From: Octopus sinensis
Taxonomy: Eukaryota
Direction: 5' to 3'
NCBI RefSeq assembly: GCF_006345805.1
Contig: NC_042997.1
Location: 147,622,001 to 147,686,000, forward strand
Length of the DNA: 64,000 nucleotides
The notes beneath the pieces were generated by a model, which did not search any database, had not been told where the DNA came from, and saw nothing but the letters and a program-made list of their open reading frames with translations. Below, one piece after another: positions 38,575 through 52,697 of the stretch; position 1 is the first letter of the stretch; the number at the start of each line of letters is the position of its first letter. Both the position numbers and the translations under genes were made by a program.

Positions 38575-38772
38575 AGTTAACACTAGGACTAGAAGACTAA
38601 AAAGCCGAAGGTTGCCCACTCCAGGATTTCTATCTCATCTTCTGGTTACAATGTAGAACAAATTAAAAATGGGGTTAGGTTGTGAGATGCCGAGAACAAT
38701 AGGAACAAGAAAAATATCCAGTATGTCATTCTGGTGAGATAATATTCAATGAAATTATGGGTTCCATCTATA

Positions 38773-38913
38773 GCATCATCATCGTCATCATCATCGTCAT
38801 CATCATCATCGTCATCATCATCATCTATATCATCATCGTCGTCGTCATCATCATCATCTATATCATCATCGTCATCATCATCATCATCATTAATATCTAT
38901 ATCATCATCGTCG

Positions 38914-38963
<50 letters not shown>

Positions 38964-39165
38964 TATATCATCACCGTTGCCATCATCATCTATATCATCA
39001 TCGTCGTTGTCATCATCACAATCCTCCTCCTCATCATCATCATCATCATCATTATCATCATGACCATCGTTGTCGTCGTCGTCGTCGTCATCATCATCAT
39101 CATCATCATGATCATGATCATCATCATCATCATCATTATCATCATCATCAACAACAACATCAACT
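38773..39165. repeat. Imperfect (ATC/GTC)n trinucleotide tract, ~390 bp
   Basis: Seen directly. Confidence 0.95.
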
Positions 39166-40080
39166 GCACGGCTACAGTGCTGTAAACGTAGACGTACACA
39201 GCATTGTAATTTGGAAATATAGAATTGTGTTCAGAAATAAGGTCTGTTGCTTTCTAATATCATTTTAATGTTATGTCTGTTTTGTAGTGTATGTGCCCTA
39301 TGACCTGCTTTATTTTGTGCTCCGTATAAACTCTGCCCGTCATATATAACTTGTTTTAGATTCGATTAATGAGTGTATAGAATGCCAATTCATTAGGCTG
39401 CATTACACTAATTAACAGCCAAATTATAGAATGAGGATTGTTGAAGCTTTATTGTTATGTCGCCGAGTATCAATTACGTAAGAGAATGTCGTATGTTATT
39501 TTATTTCCTGTTACGTAGAATATGTTTTGTGGTAGCCTTTGTTGTATTAATAGTGATTCAGTAGAGCAGGGTTTACACACCGGTGTGTGAGGAATACAAT
39601 CAATCTGTATCACTTATTGAAGTTTTTGTAGCTGAATTAAAAAGAGATATACACAGTGTGGATCCCATTTTTAAAACAATGTAGCATATATGACTAAAAA
39701 CATGGTTTATTCAAAAACGTTTGTGTTTATGTAATCAATGTTATAAACAGTACAGATGGCAGTATGTGAAGAATCAAAGTAACATTTTGAATCCGTACAC
39801 ATTGATATACTCATACACCGCTATTAAAACAATGACTCACTCTTCTACCACCCCTCTCTCACTCTGTCTCACATAGACAGATATAATCTACGCTGCTAAA
39901 ACAATGAAAACACACAGAGGCACAATATCCTTATGCACACTTAAGCACTTTCACTCAACGACTCTCACTTTTATCATTTGTCTTTAAGCAACAGGATATT
40001 CGCTGTTTTACAGCTAACTGTCAGTTTAAAATACTTGGGTTTACCCACACATTACATGTATGTGTGTGTTCGTATGTGTT

Positions 40081-40121
<41 letters not shown>

Positions 40122-40549
40122 AAGCCGAGTTAGTGGTTGCAGTAACCAACTAAGGGATAAAAATATCCGTATTTACTATCCCTACGCTATCCCCGAGCAT
40201 GGGTATGCAGGCACACTATGCTCGTAGTGTACAGGTAACAACATAATAAGCAAAAGTTTATCAGGAAATGGAGAAAACTTTTGCTCAACAAACAAACAAA
40301 TTGGACCACATCTCTAGATTATTTTTTAATACAAAACATGACATAACATTTCTTACGACCGTTTCCGCTCCAATGCCAGTCGGTGCTTACGAAAGAATTT
40401 CGAAATACTTTCTTAAACACCGAGTGGCACTGGAAGTCGAAAGGGCTGTAAGAAAAGTTATGTCATCTTTTGTATTAGAAAATAATCTACAGCTGTGTTC
40501 CAATTCGTTGGTTGATCAAAAGTGTTCTCCATTTTATTAGATATATATA

Positions 40550-41035
40550 CAAGGTGTCCCAAACGACATTGATGAGCTTCAATTTTTAATAACTTCACAA
40601 ATAAATGCATGAAATTTTGATACAATATAAAGGACATAATGGAAATTAATATGCACAAGTCAAATTTTGCAACATCATATCTGAAAAATGACATCGCTTA
40701 AATGGCAGCTATTTTCGGCTTCGCACGCCCGTGCTCTTTCCAAGACCTGCATCATAGCACCCTCAAGAGTTTCAGACCTTACTTCTCTTATTTCTCTATT
40801 GAAGTCCTTCATCAGTTGCACCGGGGTCTCCGGTTTGTTGCAGTAAACCCTCTTTTTCAGGTATCCCCACGAGAAAATATCCGGACTAGTCAGGTCTAGG
40901 AAAGGTGAAGGTCAGTTGGCATTGTCGTAGCGGTAGACTATTCTCTCTCCAAAGCACTGCCGTAGCAACTGCATTGTTTCTCTTGCGGTATGAGAAGTTT
41001 GCCCATCTTGCTGGAACTATGTGTGAGGCCTATTT
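40550..41035 (-). mobile_element. Tc1/mariner-superfamily (rosa/maT-like) 3' fragment with one TIR
   Basis: FQQDGQTSHTARETMQLLRQCFGERI..DLTSPDIFSWGYLKKRVY..HLSDVIF*; TA|caaggtgtccc terminus. Confidence 0.85.
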
Positions 41036-41059
41036 TGAATGGTTTTCCTTTCGTCTTTC

Positions 41060-41200
41060 CGTTTGTTGCTTCATGTGCAGACGCTCTGTAGTGGCTACAC
41101 ATTGGGCCAGCTGCAATACATTGCTAAAGATCGTGACAGATGGAAATTTCTTGTTGGCATTCTCTGCTCTACATGGAGTCAAAGGAAATAAGGAATGAAT
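41060..41200 (+). mobile_element. RTE LINE extreme 3' end
   Basis: GYTLGQLQYIAKDRDRWKFLVGILCST. Confidence 0.7.
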
Positions 41201-41739
41201 GAGGATTGGTTTCGAAACAACAAATGCAAATCGTTTTTATTTTAAATAATGCACAACATTGCTGCTATAGAGTTCAATGTTTTTGCGAATGCCTGCCTGG
41301 TAAGAAATATTTAGGGAATTAATATTTTATAATCAAATGATCCCCAATTGACATATGCTTAAAATGAATAAGTTATATGCCTGCAGCAGAACGCATGTAG
41401 GGTGAATGAAAGAGCTGTTATTAATTTTGATTCTAAAGGAAGTTCGTTATAAAATGCAACTTCGCAGCTACAAAATGAGCAAAATGAAAACAGAAAATAG
41501 AAATTTCCATATCATACGGTTTCTCTCGGGGTGGTAATAGGACTAGATCAAGTGGATAATCGGCTGTATGTGAACAAATTTTAAGCATTAAATGCTTCAA
41601 TCCAATTAAACGACAAAAACATTTAGAGACAACACATTTTATGAAAGCCATTGTAAAGTACAATGTTTGGAAGTAAATCGAAGGAAAGCTACATTTTCAA
41701 TATTACATAAAAAGGTAAGCAAATATGTATTATTTGCTT

Positions 41740-43030
41740 CATATGGCATTGGTTATTCGCTAGCAGAACAGGTATAGTAAATACGATTGCAGAAAACTAA
41801 TAAAGCCTTGTGCAAAAGACATGTTGGAATAAAAGATGGATGAAAAAAAAATGTAAAATATATTAATAACATACCAATTTCAAATGGTACTGCTTGAAGT
41901 GATATCAATGAAATGTTAATTTTGTGGAGAGATTGAGCTTACGATATAAGCTAAAGCCAACTCAACATCCTTTACAAATGGCTGGTTTAGAAGTTTTGCT
42001 TGTGTGGTGTGAAGGTAGCACTGGAGAAGACTTTATTTATTAGACAGCCTTCGTAGAACCAGGATAGACGTAAGCAATATTTAATTTTTATTAATTCATT
42101 TATGAATATAGAAATGAAATCTCGCGGAAAATTTTTTCAAGTATTATTGACAGAACTACAGCTCTAGTGGTAAGGACAAATTTTTGGGTCTGTTATAAGG
42201 GGTGGGGGAATTCAAAACCTTGAGGCACAGATTTCACAAACTGTGAAACGTGTGCGGCAAGATATGAAATTAGGAGCAAACGATATTGGAAACCTGACTA
42301 GTTTTATTAAATCACGATCACTAAATGAAGGAATCTTCAGTTTATTACGTAAATCTACATGAAACTTTATTATAGAAGTGTGCTGCTTATTGTGCGGAAA
42401 TTGTTGGCGCTGTTTTACGAATTATATGAAGAAATTACGTTATTTCTATCTGAGCATCTTTTGAATGGAAATAACTGGTGTGTCTTCTTGATATATTCAC
42501 TTATTTCAATGAAGTTAATCTTGCAATGCAGAGAAACAATATAACATGTTTCAAAATCCAAAGCAAAATTAATGCACCTCAATGAATCTAGGGTAACTAT
42601 ACAGCTAAAGATGTAATTATTATTTTCCCATGAAGCAAACGTTCTTTCTTTAAAATACAAAGCAAAAATATTTCTGTAACATTTGTATGATATGTGTATG
42701 TTAACACGAGTATTTTCCCGATGTAATTGATAGCCAACTTTGGGTTGACAAACGAGGAGCAGGCTTGTTAAATTTCAGCAATTGTTTACTGAAGAAAATA
42801 GTTTGCTGAACAAATACACATTACAACAGATTTTATCTTTATATGACATTCGTAACAAGTAAAAATGACAAAATTTTTAGATAGCGTTATTAATGGAGTA
42901 CCCTGCTATCAGTTAAAAATATTTGAAGGAGCTAATGCGTTTCCTAAATATATATTATGCGAAATAATATTTTCATTACATTCAGCAATAGAAAATAAAT
43001 TTAGAGACAGATTAACTTACAGTTACAAGA
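41740..43030 (+). mobile_element. Decayed hAT (Buster/Charlie-type) transposase
   Basis: AEKLIKPCAKDM..INNIPISNGT; FIKSRSLN..FYELYEEITLFL; DIFTYFNEVNL; FWIALLMEYPA..LCEIIFS..NKFRDRL (dimerisation-domain-like). Confidence 0.8.
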
Positions 43031-43289
43031 AATATATCCCTAATTCTAAATTTTAAAATTATATATGATCACGAACATGCCCAATGAAGTAACCTTCTTT
43101 CCTACTTCTTGTTATGAAGTTGATATTCCCAACGATTAAGGTAAGAAAAATTGCTAAAATATGTATATGTTATATAATTTTTATTCTAATAGTTATTTAT
43201 GGCGTAGCTATGTTTTTCCCTTGAAAATCTTTTAAGCTTAAAGTGTTCTATGACTACGAAAAGTGAGAAAACCTCTCCAAGAGTATGTG

Positions 43290-44090
43290 TTATATATTTA
43301 GATCACTATTGAACTGTGTAAGGCATATGTGCAGAGTGTGCTACATGAAAAATACTGTTGTATTGAAAGCTTCTTACATACTCAGCTGAGAATAACATAA
43401 ACCATCCAGACAAGACCTAGTCAATTGTCTCTCCGCCTGTTCCACAAAAGCGATTGGAAGGATCAGTACCATTTTAAAGAAGGTTGCCTTGGTAATTTCT
43501 ATTAGACAGACACTGATCCTAAGCTGCGATACCGATGTTTTCTGTTATGGTTTAAGTCTAGATACAGATAACTCCTGTCAATATCAGGAGTGCAGGCTCT
43601 CGTAGGATATTTACCATGTAATGCATTATACTCCCATCTGTTACTTAGCTCTGAGAATCATTCTGATTTGACTTGAGTCTTTATGTGTTTTGCTTCCTCA
43701 CTTCTGTTTCATCTAGCTACATCTCAATCCCGATAGTTATTATTTCTATACATATTTCTTTGCTTCTTGTGTTTTTCGTGTGTTTTTTCTTGGTACTTTC
43801 ATGTTATGAGACAAATTCAAGCATCCATTCTCTAGATTTCTGTATATAGGTGTCTAACCGTATGGTTACTGTCTTTGGAAACAGTTGCTTCTGCATCAGT
43901 CCATACCCTCCATCCTTTCCTGAAATGCATAGTCCCCCTACATCTGCCTATGGAAGATGCATGTCGTCTATTATGAGAAATTTGCGTATTTTTGTATCAA
44001 TACTTTCATATCTCATTAATGAGCGATTCTATGATATTGAAGCTGTAGATGGCAGTAGGAACAACCAAGATACTAAGTGCATCAATGTTT
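43290..44090 (-). mobile_element. R4/Dong-clade fragment (post-RT to CCHC region)
   Basis: IDTKIRKFL..MHLP*ADVG.L..; LHGKYPTR; IAA*DQCLSNRNYQ..NGTDPSNRFCG..ETID. Confidence 0.8.
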
Positions 44091-44123
44091 ACTGTTAAGA
44101 CAATTGTAATATTTTTACAGTAT

Positions 44124-44420
44124 TCTTCTTGTTATTGTTCTTCTTCTTGCTCTTATTGTTATTGTTGTTGTTGTTGTTGTTGTTGTTGTTCTTCTTCTTC
44201 TTCTTCTTCTTCTTCACTAGTCTAGTTTTATTGCTAATCAATACAATCCTCCGCCAAACAAGACAGTTGCCCAGACTCGTCACTAAACCTCAGTTGGTCG
44301 CTCTGTTAACTATCATATATAAGCATTTTAACCTTTGATAACAGGCTACTTTGAGATCTATTCTCACGAAGACATTCTCCAGCCTTACACTCTCCAACAG
44401 ACCTACGTTTCAAAGAGTTG
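44124..44420 (-). mobile_element. Possible RTE 3' end with (GAA)n(CAA)n tail
   Basis: QLRFSD..GQLSCLAED followed by trinucleotide tail 44124-44215. Confidence 0.4.
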
Positions 44421-44722
44421 ACTAAGTACTTCAGATAAGAGACAAGATGTTAAAGCAGCAGTGCTATTTCAGATATATTACACTTAAGAACATTTTAAAG
44501 CTACGCAGCCAAGTTACTGGTAAAAACATATTATTTATCAAAATAACATGTAGCACATGGAGACCTTTTGTTTTCCTTCTGTTCTTTTTGGCGGAAGATT
44601 GTATTATGCTCCTCAAAGAAATCTACTCGAATCTCACCATCAACCAAACCCGAAAAGCACATGCAATTCTCTACCTCTTGCCTCACATGTTTTGTTTTCC
44701 ATGTATCTTTTCGTAATATTAA

Positions 44723-45678
44723 TCTTTATATATATAAAACTGAGAATGTGTGTCTGTCTGTCTGTGTGTTTCCCTAAAACCTGAGAACTACATAATCACT
44801 TTCATTCAAATTTTACTCATGTCTTACTTAGGGTCCCGAGAGTGTCGTCGGCAAAAAAATTTGAACTTTTTGCCTAGGGCGAGCCCACAGCAATATCATA
44901 TCTTCTCCTCTATTTCAGTATTACGTGTTAAAAGTGAAACAAAAACGTTTCTCTATTTTATGTCAGATACTTTAACTTTAACAATAAAAATAATAATAAC
45001 AATTGAATCATATGTAGTAAGTAATAATTAAAATCAAACTAAAGTATAATATAATCGTAACATAACAAAAGTAAAAATAGCAATTGGTATAAAATTGCAT
45101 CAATGACTTGAACTTGAATAAGTGGTTTCACATGAATGGGAATAAATTAAAAATAAAATTAGCGTGCAGAAATGGAATAGTCCAGATGGATAATAAAAAG
45201 TTAAATTAAAGAAAAGACTATTGTCTATAAAGTATACAATGTAGAGAAAAAAGATTTGAACACATGGAAGAAAGCACCTTCGAAAAGTGTCTTGGTGCGA
45301 CTATGAAAGGTATCTAATCAGAGGCGGTAAATTCGCCACAATAGAAGCAAGGTTCGAGTCAACGGAGCGTGAAAGGGAGTACTCGACTCGAACTTGCAAA
45401 GTGGAAATATTTTATTTTTACCTTTATAGCTGGGAAGTAGGAAGACCCGGAAAAAATTTAAAATGCCCCCCCCCCTCCAGAAGTAGAGGTAGGCTGGATT
45501 GTAGCCACACTTCTATACAAGAGGGAGGACAAGATACTATTGATCGAAATTACAAGAGACGGGCTAACAATTCCAGTCTGTTATATATTTTGAGTATTGT
45601 TATCACTAGCGATATCAAGATATAACTTTGTATTTTGTATTTTATGTGTAGATGTATATATATATAGATGTACATGTA

Positions 45679-45737
<59 letters not shown>

Positions 45738-45785
45738 TACATGCACTAGCACTATGACCCGGCAACGACGGGTCTTTAATGCTAG
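44723..45785 (+). mobile_element. Non-autonomous Helitron (~1.06 kb)
   Basis: 5' a|TCtttatatatataaaa..tgtctgtctgtc; 3' hairpin GACCCG-gcaacga-CGGGTC (45756-45774) then CTAG|t; A/T host dinucleotide, no TSD. Pairing of the two ends is inferred. Confidence 0.75.
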
Positions 45786-46864
45786 TAACCTATAAAATCC
45801 TTCCCGCCTGAGTTCTCCTTACTGTCGTCGACGTACTACTGCTGTAACCGAATATTGCCCATAAAATGTGCCCCAATTAGATCAGGGATTTGTATCTGCC
45901 AAAGATAAAGATCGGGACTAAATACAACTGCAAATAAACATACAAATAGATAAATAAATTAAATGCATTGTCCTTGAGTGTTGTTGAATTTATTTAATAT
46001 AAACTTCTGTTATATACATTCGAAATCAGAGTCTGTTGTGTGTTGCTAGGTGATTTCATACCAATCAACCAGGCTAGATGGGCGTTATATGGAAATAGTA
46101 TGAAGCATTTATGTGTGTAGCAACACCGCTGTTTCAAGTGTGAGAGAACTCCGCTCTGAGTCTCAAATATGATTGTCTATGAAGTAATGTTGAAAGTTTT
46201 ACAGGTCGGTGAAATAGAGGAAGTCTGGGTTCTTTATTAACAGATGTTGACGTGTTGATCGAATTTAGGTTTGAGGTAGCGGGCATTTGAGAGATAGTGA
46301 AAATTCCTCTGCGGAGTCCCAATGAACTTTTGATGTCTAGGAATAAGCAGAAAGTACATGAGTTCAAATCACGGCGAGGTCAACTTTAGATTTTATATGT
46401 TCACATCGATAAGCTTAGTACCAGACGATTACGACGGTACATTGAACTCTCCCTAAATTTATATTAGTTCTGTATATATATTTACTTTAGGTAAATGTTA
46501 AAGCGGTTCTCCCTTTAACATGTCAGTACATATATATCTGACATATCACCGTTTTCATTGATTATATAAATTTCTCTGTAGTTTTTGTGTTCAAAGTTGT
46601 TCCAGCGTGCTGGGGACAATGTTTCCTAAAGTAGCAAAATATTAAAGAACAGTTAAAATTATATTCTCTTTGTTTCGCATTCTTTTACAATCTTGTTTGC
46701 TTCAGGAAAACTACTAAGAATTTTTAGAGTTATGTATTTCATAATAGCTTTTCTGTGAGAAGTGTTCTTAACAAAGAATTATAACTTCCAAAGCTATGCA
46801 CGACCACACACAAACACACACATCACAGACATACATATGTATGTGTGTAAATATTTACATGCTT

Positions 46865-46919
46865 ATATATATATATATATATATGGATATATATATATAT
46901 ATATATATGTATATGTATA

Positions 46920-46982
<63 letters not shown>

Positions 46983-47031
46983 ATGTATATGAATATGTAT
47001 ATATGTATGTATATATATACATATATATATG

Positions 47032-47103
<72 letters not shown>

Positions 47104-47190
47104 ATGGATATAATACACCCACACGCACATATATATATAATTATAAATATATATATACACATATAAATATATATTTATATATATATATAT
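46865..47190. repeat. Long (TA)n-rich tract
   Basis: Seen directly. Confidence 0.97.
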
Positions 47191-48583
47191 GACTATATGT
47201 GCTCGAATAAATGCGTGTGCACATATATGTGCATGTGTATATATAAATATAAAAGAGAAAGTAAAAAGCAAAGAAACAACTTAGACAATTTTCTTCTCAA
47301 ATAGTTTTCTCTTGTTTAGACAAGCACTTGTGTTTCTCAGCATTATTACATTGGGATAATAAACATCATGCAGAATAAAACGAAAGCAATAAAAGCTTAA
47401 GTAGGATGGTGATAGGATCATAGTGGAGTCTTATTGATTATTATCCATGACAGGTTGAAAGAAAAAATATCAAAAACTGATAAAGAATCCTAGCAACACA
47501 AGAATTATCTAAAGTATTAAAATTCTAATCTTACATATTTGGAAACGAAGATGTCATTTTTTGAGATTTTATGTAAGTTTTGATGGAAAATAATGGCGTA
47601 ACCTATAATCTTATTGTAGAATGAAAACATAATTTCAGAATCATTTAGGGAGTTATGTGCTTATTTTCGATTTTAATTTTTAACTTAGTGTTTGCTTGCA
47701 ATTTTGGAGTAAAGTTTCCTATAACAAAATCTGAAAATGTCATGTATCTTTATAATCATTTGTCAAGTACGATAAAATAAGTACACTTTCTTGTAATCTA
47801 AAAATTCGAACAAACTAATTTTTGTAGATTAGTAAGTTCTAGTCGTTATTTTTCTTCAGTTTGTTTTTCTAGTCTAGTTATTGACTAGTAAGTTGAACTG
47901 TGAGCACCTACAGGCTTTTTTTGTTTATATTAGAATACATTTCGTTGTAAAGAAAATAATAAGTTTCTACCATACTCCATTGATAAACCCTGACGATTGT
48001 TTTGAAACGCCAATTATTGATTTCATAGAATGTTTTCTAGTACTACCAATTTTGCATCACTAACAGTAACTGATGAATCGGTCTATTCGAAATTACTTCT
48101 CTCAGTCAAATTCACACCATCCTTTATTGTTCCAAAATTTGGCCTTCTACCAGTTAGGCTTGACTGAACAAATACAAAGCAATCAAATGGAATCTTAATA
48201 ATAGAGAAAGTGTTTAATGATATACGTAACTCACAAACTTACTGACATTCTAAGCTAGTTATTAACATTATTTACAAGAACTATTTCTATGCTACTTTTC
48301 GGCTAAGAATGGTATTTCTTCACATACAAATCTACAAATAACTTATGAAGAGTTACAACAAACCATTCTTCCCCTAACGGAAGTATTATGTTGTTCATAC
48401 AGAAAACATTAGAATATAAGAATAAGACATGCCAATAATAATTTCAGATACACTGACTCAGTTAATATAGATGTAGACTATCTTCTTGTTTGCTGAGGAA
48501 GCAATTTAATTGCTGATAATGAAAGTAACTATATTTCATAACATAAATATTTATATTTATGTTATAATAATAACATTATAATA

Positions 48584-49182
48584 AATATTTACGTATAAAT
48601 TTGTATTTTTCCCTTGGTTTTTATGTGCTAAGCCACTTGGTGTTACATTGATGGTATTATTAAATTAATATCAAATTTTTCACCCTCATTTATAAATTCA
48701 ATTATACTGCAGTAAATATTTGAAGCAGTATTCGATTCCAGTAAGTCTTATCGCTCTTTTGGCGGGGAAATTTGAATCATAATTACGAATACAATCGATT
48801 AAACCACACGTGTATTTGACGCTCGCTGCGACTTAATAAATTGTATTTAAGACGAACCTCTGCTGAAGATTTATGGATGTTGTGTAAGTAAAATTGCATA
48901 TTACATTAATAATGAAGCAATTGTTCAGGGTTAATCTATTTTTTCGCTGTGTTTCACTTGCCTTACGTTAAATGTAGTAGCATTCCTTCTTGGAAACAAC
49001 CTTTAGTGGCTATACCATTAGCGGAGCTATTTTTAGCACTAGAGTGAACCACATAGTGGTCACTCTCTAATATTTATGTATAAATTTGTATTTTTCCCTT
49101 GGTTTTTATGTGCTAAACCACTTGGTGTTAAATTGATGGTATTATTAAATTAATATCAACTTTTTCACCCTCATTTATAAAT
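48584..49182. repeat. 114-bp direct repeat (48584-48697 / 49069-49182), 4 mismatches
   Basis: Aligned by eye; offset 485 bp. Confidence 0.9.
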
Positions 49183-49539
49183 GTATTTCATAACATTTAC
49201 CTGGCGAAAATAAATTTACTCTACCATGCGAGATTACATCTTCAATATGTTTTAGCTTTATCAGATAACTATATTGATTCCGTCCTTTATGATTGATAGC
49301 TGTAAAGCTTAATTGTTAATATCCTAGAAACCCGAGATTTTCAAGGAAGTTAAAATGATACGATACGCATTGGCTGTTCATTTAAATAATGCGAACTGAC
49401 TTCAATTGGAAGTTAAAACATCGGCTGGCCGGAAACATATGAATAACATTAATTAAGAAACTGATAACGTATTGATGTATTATATTATTACGCGATTACT
49501 TTTAGTTGTAACAGTATCAATGGTATCGATAACACATCT

Positions 49540-49960
49540 GTAGATGGAGACCAGCTACACAATACTCAGAGGGTTGGGTTTCAAAGGCTGCAGAAGAACT
49601 GTCACAATCAAGCGCTTGTCCGACGTTGCTGAAAATGTAGATATGGCCGGAAAGGAATGACCAACGGACCTAGTTATGCATTCCATTGATTATTTACAGG
49701 AATAGAAGGAAGAAGAGAACTGATTCCTTCGTCGGTCAGAGTGGCCTAATGGGCAGTTCAACAAAGACCCGGGAACACAAATTCACAAGAACAACCCAGG
49801 TTTTAATCTCGTTGGAGACAGGATTTTGGAAAGCAGGAGGAGGACACCTAGAAGTCATGACCTTGGTGGGCTCGGCTCCCGTAAAGTGTCAGGAATAAGG
49901 ACCGAAACACTTGTCGGATGGGAGTTCTTCCTCTGAAGGTCTCTCCTACTGTGCGCTTGC
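49540..49960 (+). mobile_element. Possible decayed non-LTR retrotransposon 3' end (family uncertain)
   Basis: LRGLGFKGCRRTVTIKRLSDVAE resembles REL-type (Hero-like) C-termini; higher GC than the flanks. Confidence 0.3.
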
Positions 49961-49975
49961 CTTGTGGCGAGTTTG

Positions 49976-50070
<95 letters not shown>

Positions 50071-50189
50071 AAATATAAATTAGAGATAACAGTGCGTATT
50101 TTCCTGGAAGTACAACACGGCGAGAAATCCTGCTAGGAAACACCGTCTCTATTAGGAAAATCCTTTGCATCACGGGAAGAACGTGAGCC

Positions 50190-50830
50190 TGTAAGATCGC
50201 CTTATATCACTATTCATCATTCCCTCGATATTAATAGGCCTCCCTGGAACTTCAGCAGTAAAACAACTCCAAAACAATATTTTCGGTACGTGTTTTGGCG
50301 CGTGTTACATGTATCTTGGCCGATGAGGTTTACTTTTGCTCCGTGTTACTACTGTACCCATGCATTTCAAAATGCGATTCATCCGAACATATTACCTTTC
50401 TGCAATCTTCTGCCTTCCATCCATCATGATCGCGTGCCCAGCGCAGACATCTTTTTTTCACAACAGCAGTCAATATATATTTACATACCAACTTTTTAGC
50501 AGGTTTGCCAGTTTGCAGGAGCCTTTATCGGACAGTTGAAGACGAAATATTTACACAAGCTGAAGCTAAATCTCTCTGAAGGTCCTTACTGGTTTCCCCT
50601 GGATCCTTCAGCTATTTCTGATCAAAACCTTATCACCATAAGTGTTGTCTTGCGTCGTCTTTTACATCTTCTTCTCTGTAGTGTTTCTTGGGCGCCAATG
50701 TCTTCAACACTCTTTACAATTTCACCAAAATTTGACTTTGTCATATTCGTTTCTTCAGCAATCTCTCTAATGCTAAATCCATTTTGTAAGAGCTACGATA
50801 CTTGCACGCTTCTTGGATGTGGCATCCATC
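50190..50830 (-). mobile_element. Tc1-type transposase remnant (HTH and first DDE aspartate)
   Basis: GFSIREIAEETNM..SKDLQRDLASA.VNISSSTVR*RL..RCLRWARDHDGWKAEDCRKVICSDESHF..FWSCFTA..IEGMMNS. Confidence 0.88.
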
Positions 50831-51582
50831 ATGAATTTAAAGGCACGCAGGACCAACAACAGAACACGAGCTCTAGTGCAGCACTGAAGGAAATGCTGGA
50901 GCGAAGCCACAACTGATTAGATTCCAGATGTCTCCACTACATTATTCTGAACGAAAAACAACAAAAACTTAATTTGATTAATCACAGAATACGACATATT
51001 ATGAACAAGTCACTAAATTTGATACTGTCCGAATTAATGTGCACACTACTATACAACTCGGATACGAGTTAAGGCCGACACCGACGAGAAAATTTATTAA
51101 CCTTTTAAAGAAATAAATTCGATGGTTATAACAAGAGACGTTTTCTTTTTTATAGTAACTTGACAAATCTATGGAAATATTTATTTTTTCTAAAGGAGTA
51201 CTCTATTCACTAAACCAGGTGAAATTACATTTCTACAAACAACTGTATTTAGGTAGAGATACAAACATATATCTGTACGAAGAGTTATGCTTTATAAGCA
51301 GTGAATGACATTCATTATTTATAATACAGAAATTCATAAAGAACATGACAAGGCCTGGCGATCGACTGTTTTGCATGGATATGTCTGTGTGTATATGTAT
51401 ATAACACTTAAACACGTTATGAAGGACCAACTAAGGTATGGAGTTATGAAGTATATAAATCTTGTAACAAAATTCAAACCATAAAACCGCTATATTTAGG
51501 TCCAATTTTCATCTCAGTATTACTTAAATCTTCTATTAAGTTAGCTCTCTCCTCTCTTTTATCTCTCATGTATAGTTGTATT

Positions 51583-51802
51583 TTGTAATCCCTCGACTAT
51601 CGCGGATGGTACATCTCCCCACCGCGATAGGTGAAAATCTGTGAAGTAGAAACAGTACTGTACTGTATATTCAAAAAAAATTACTTTTATAATTTGTATA
51701 TATTTATTTTATTATAAATGTAAAACAACACCACTAAGAAAACGGCGTAAGCTTAAAGAATAAACCGCAATAGGTGAACTGCGATGTGGCGAGAGATTAC
51801 TG
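51583..51802. mobile_element. Short (220 bp) member of the Tigger-like MITE family at 28585
   Basis: gtaatccctcgactatcgcgg ... gcgatgtggcgagagattactg|TA; shares internal gtagaaacagtactgtactgtatat. Confidence 0.85.
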
Positions 51803-52309
51803 TACGTATTGTTATAAACAGTGCTCACAGATATACATACATATAACACAATATCTGAATATTGCATATTTACATTACAGCCTCCAGTTTTTGCAATCAC
51901 ATGGCTCGTTGCTTAATGTGACATAAGTTGTATAATTCAGCTTCATCCACATAGAATTTCGATGAAAGAATCAATTTAAGACAGTCATGTTTTGCATTGA
52001 TAGCTTATTCATTTTGAAATGTATCAACTATCAGCTGCAGAAAACCCTAACCAAATAATTCAATGATTTCAATGTAAAAGTTGTAGTGAGTAGCAAACTC
52101 AAAATAGTCAATTTCATTGACACAAGTTCAGCATTACATTGAAGCAAATGATAAATACGAACTAATTTCAAGATCTCGAGTGCTGAGGATTGCAGAACGA
52201 AGGCGAAATGACTCTATCCACTACTACGGGAATATCTAATAAGTGAATTATATGGCAATATGAATATTATATGTTCTCTCACAATTTTCACTTAAAATAA
52301 AAATGATCT

Positions 52310-52697
52310 CAGGAATGGCTCCGTGATAAGTAGCTTGCTTACCAACCAGATGGTTCCAGGTTCAGTCCCATTGCGTGGCACCTTGGGCAAGTGTCTTCTA
52401 CTATAGCCTCGGGCAGACCAAAGCCTAGTGAGTGGATTTGGTAGACGGAAACTGAAAGAAGCCCGTCGTATATACGCATATGTATATATGTGTGTGTTTG
52501 TGTGTCTCTGTTTGCACCCCAAACATCGTCTGACAACCGATACTGGTGTGTAACTTAGCGGTTCGGCAAGAGAAACCGATAGAATAAGTACTAGGCTTAC
52601 AAAGAATAAGTCCTGGGGTCGATTTGCTCGACTAAAGGTGGTGTCCCAACATGGTCGTAGTCAAATGACTGAAACAAGTAAAAGAATAAAAGAGTAT
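52310..52697 (+). mobile_element. OK/OR-like CORE SINE with a small internal deletion
   Basis: ggttcagtccc B box; ACCTTGGGCAAGTG CORE-like motif; gtaaaagaataaaagagta tail. Confidence 0.92.

Noticed and set aside
38757-39185. Stop-free poly-Asp frame on the minus strand (resembling acidic biomineralisation proteins) and poly-Ile/Ser ORFs on the plus strand
   Set aside because: GAT and ATC codons cannot mutate to a stop in one step, so open frames are expected in a decaying (ATC)n tract; no start or splice context found.
48584-49182. LTR retrotransposon interpretation of the direct repeats
   Set aside because: No TG..CA termini, PBS, PPT or coding remnants; retained only as an unexplained duplication.
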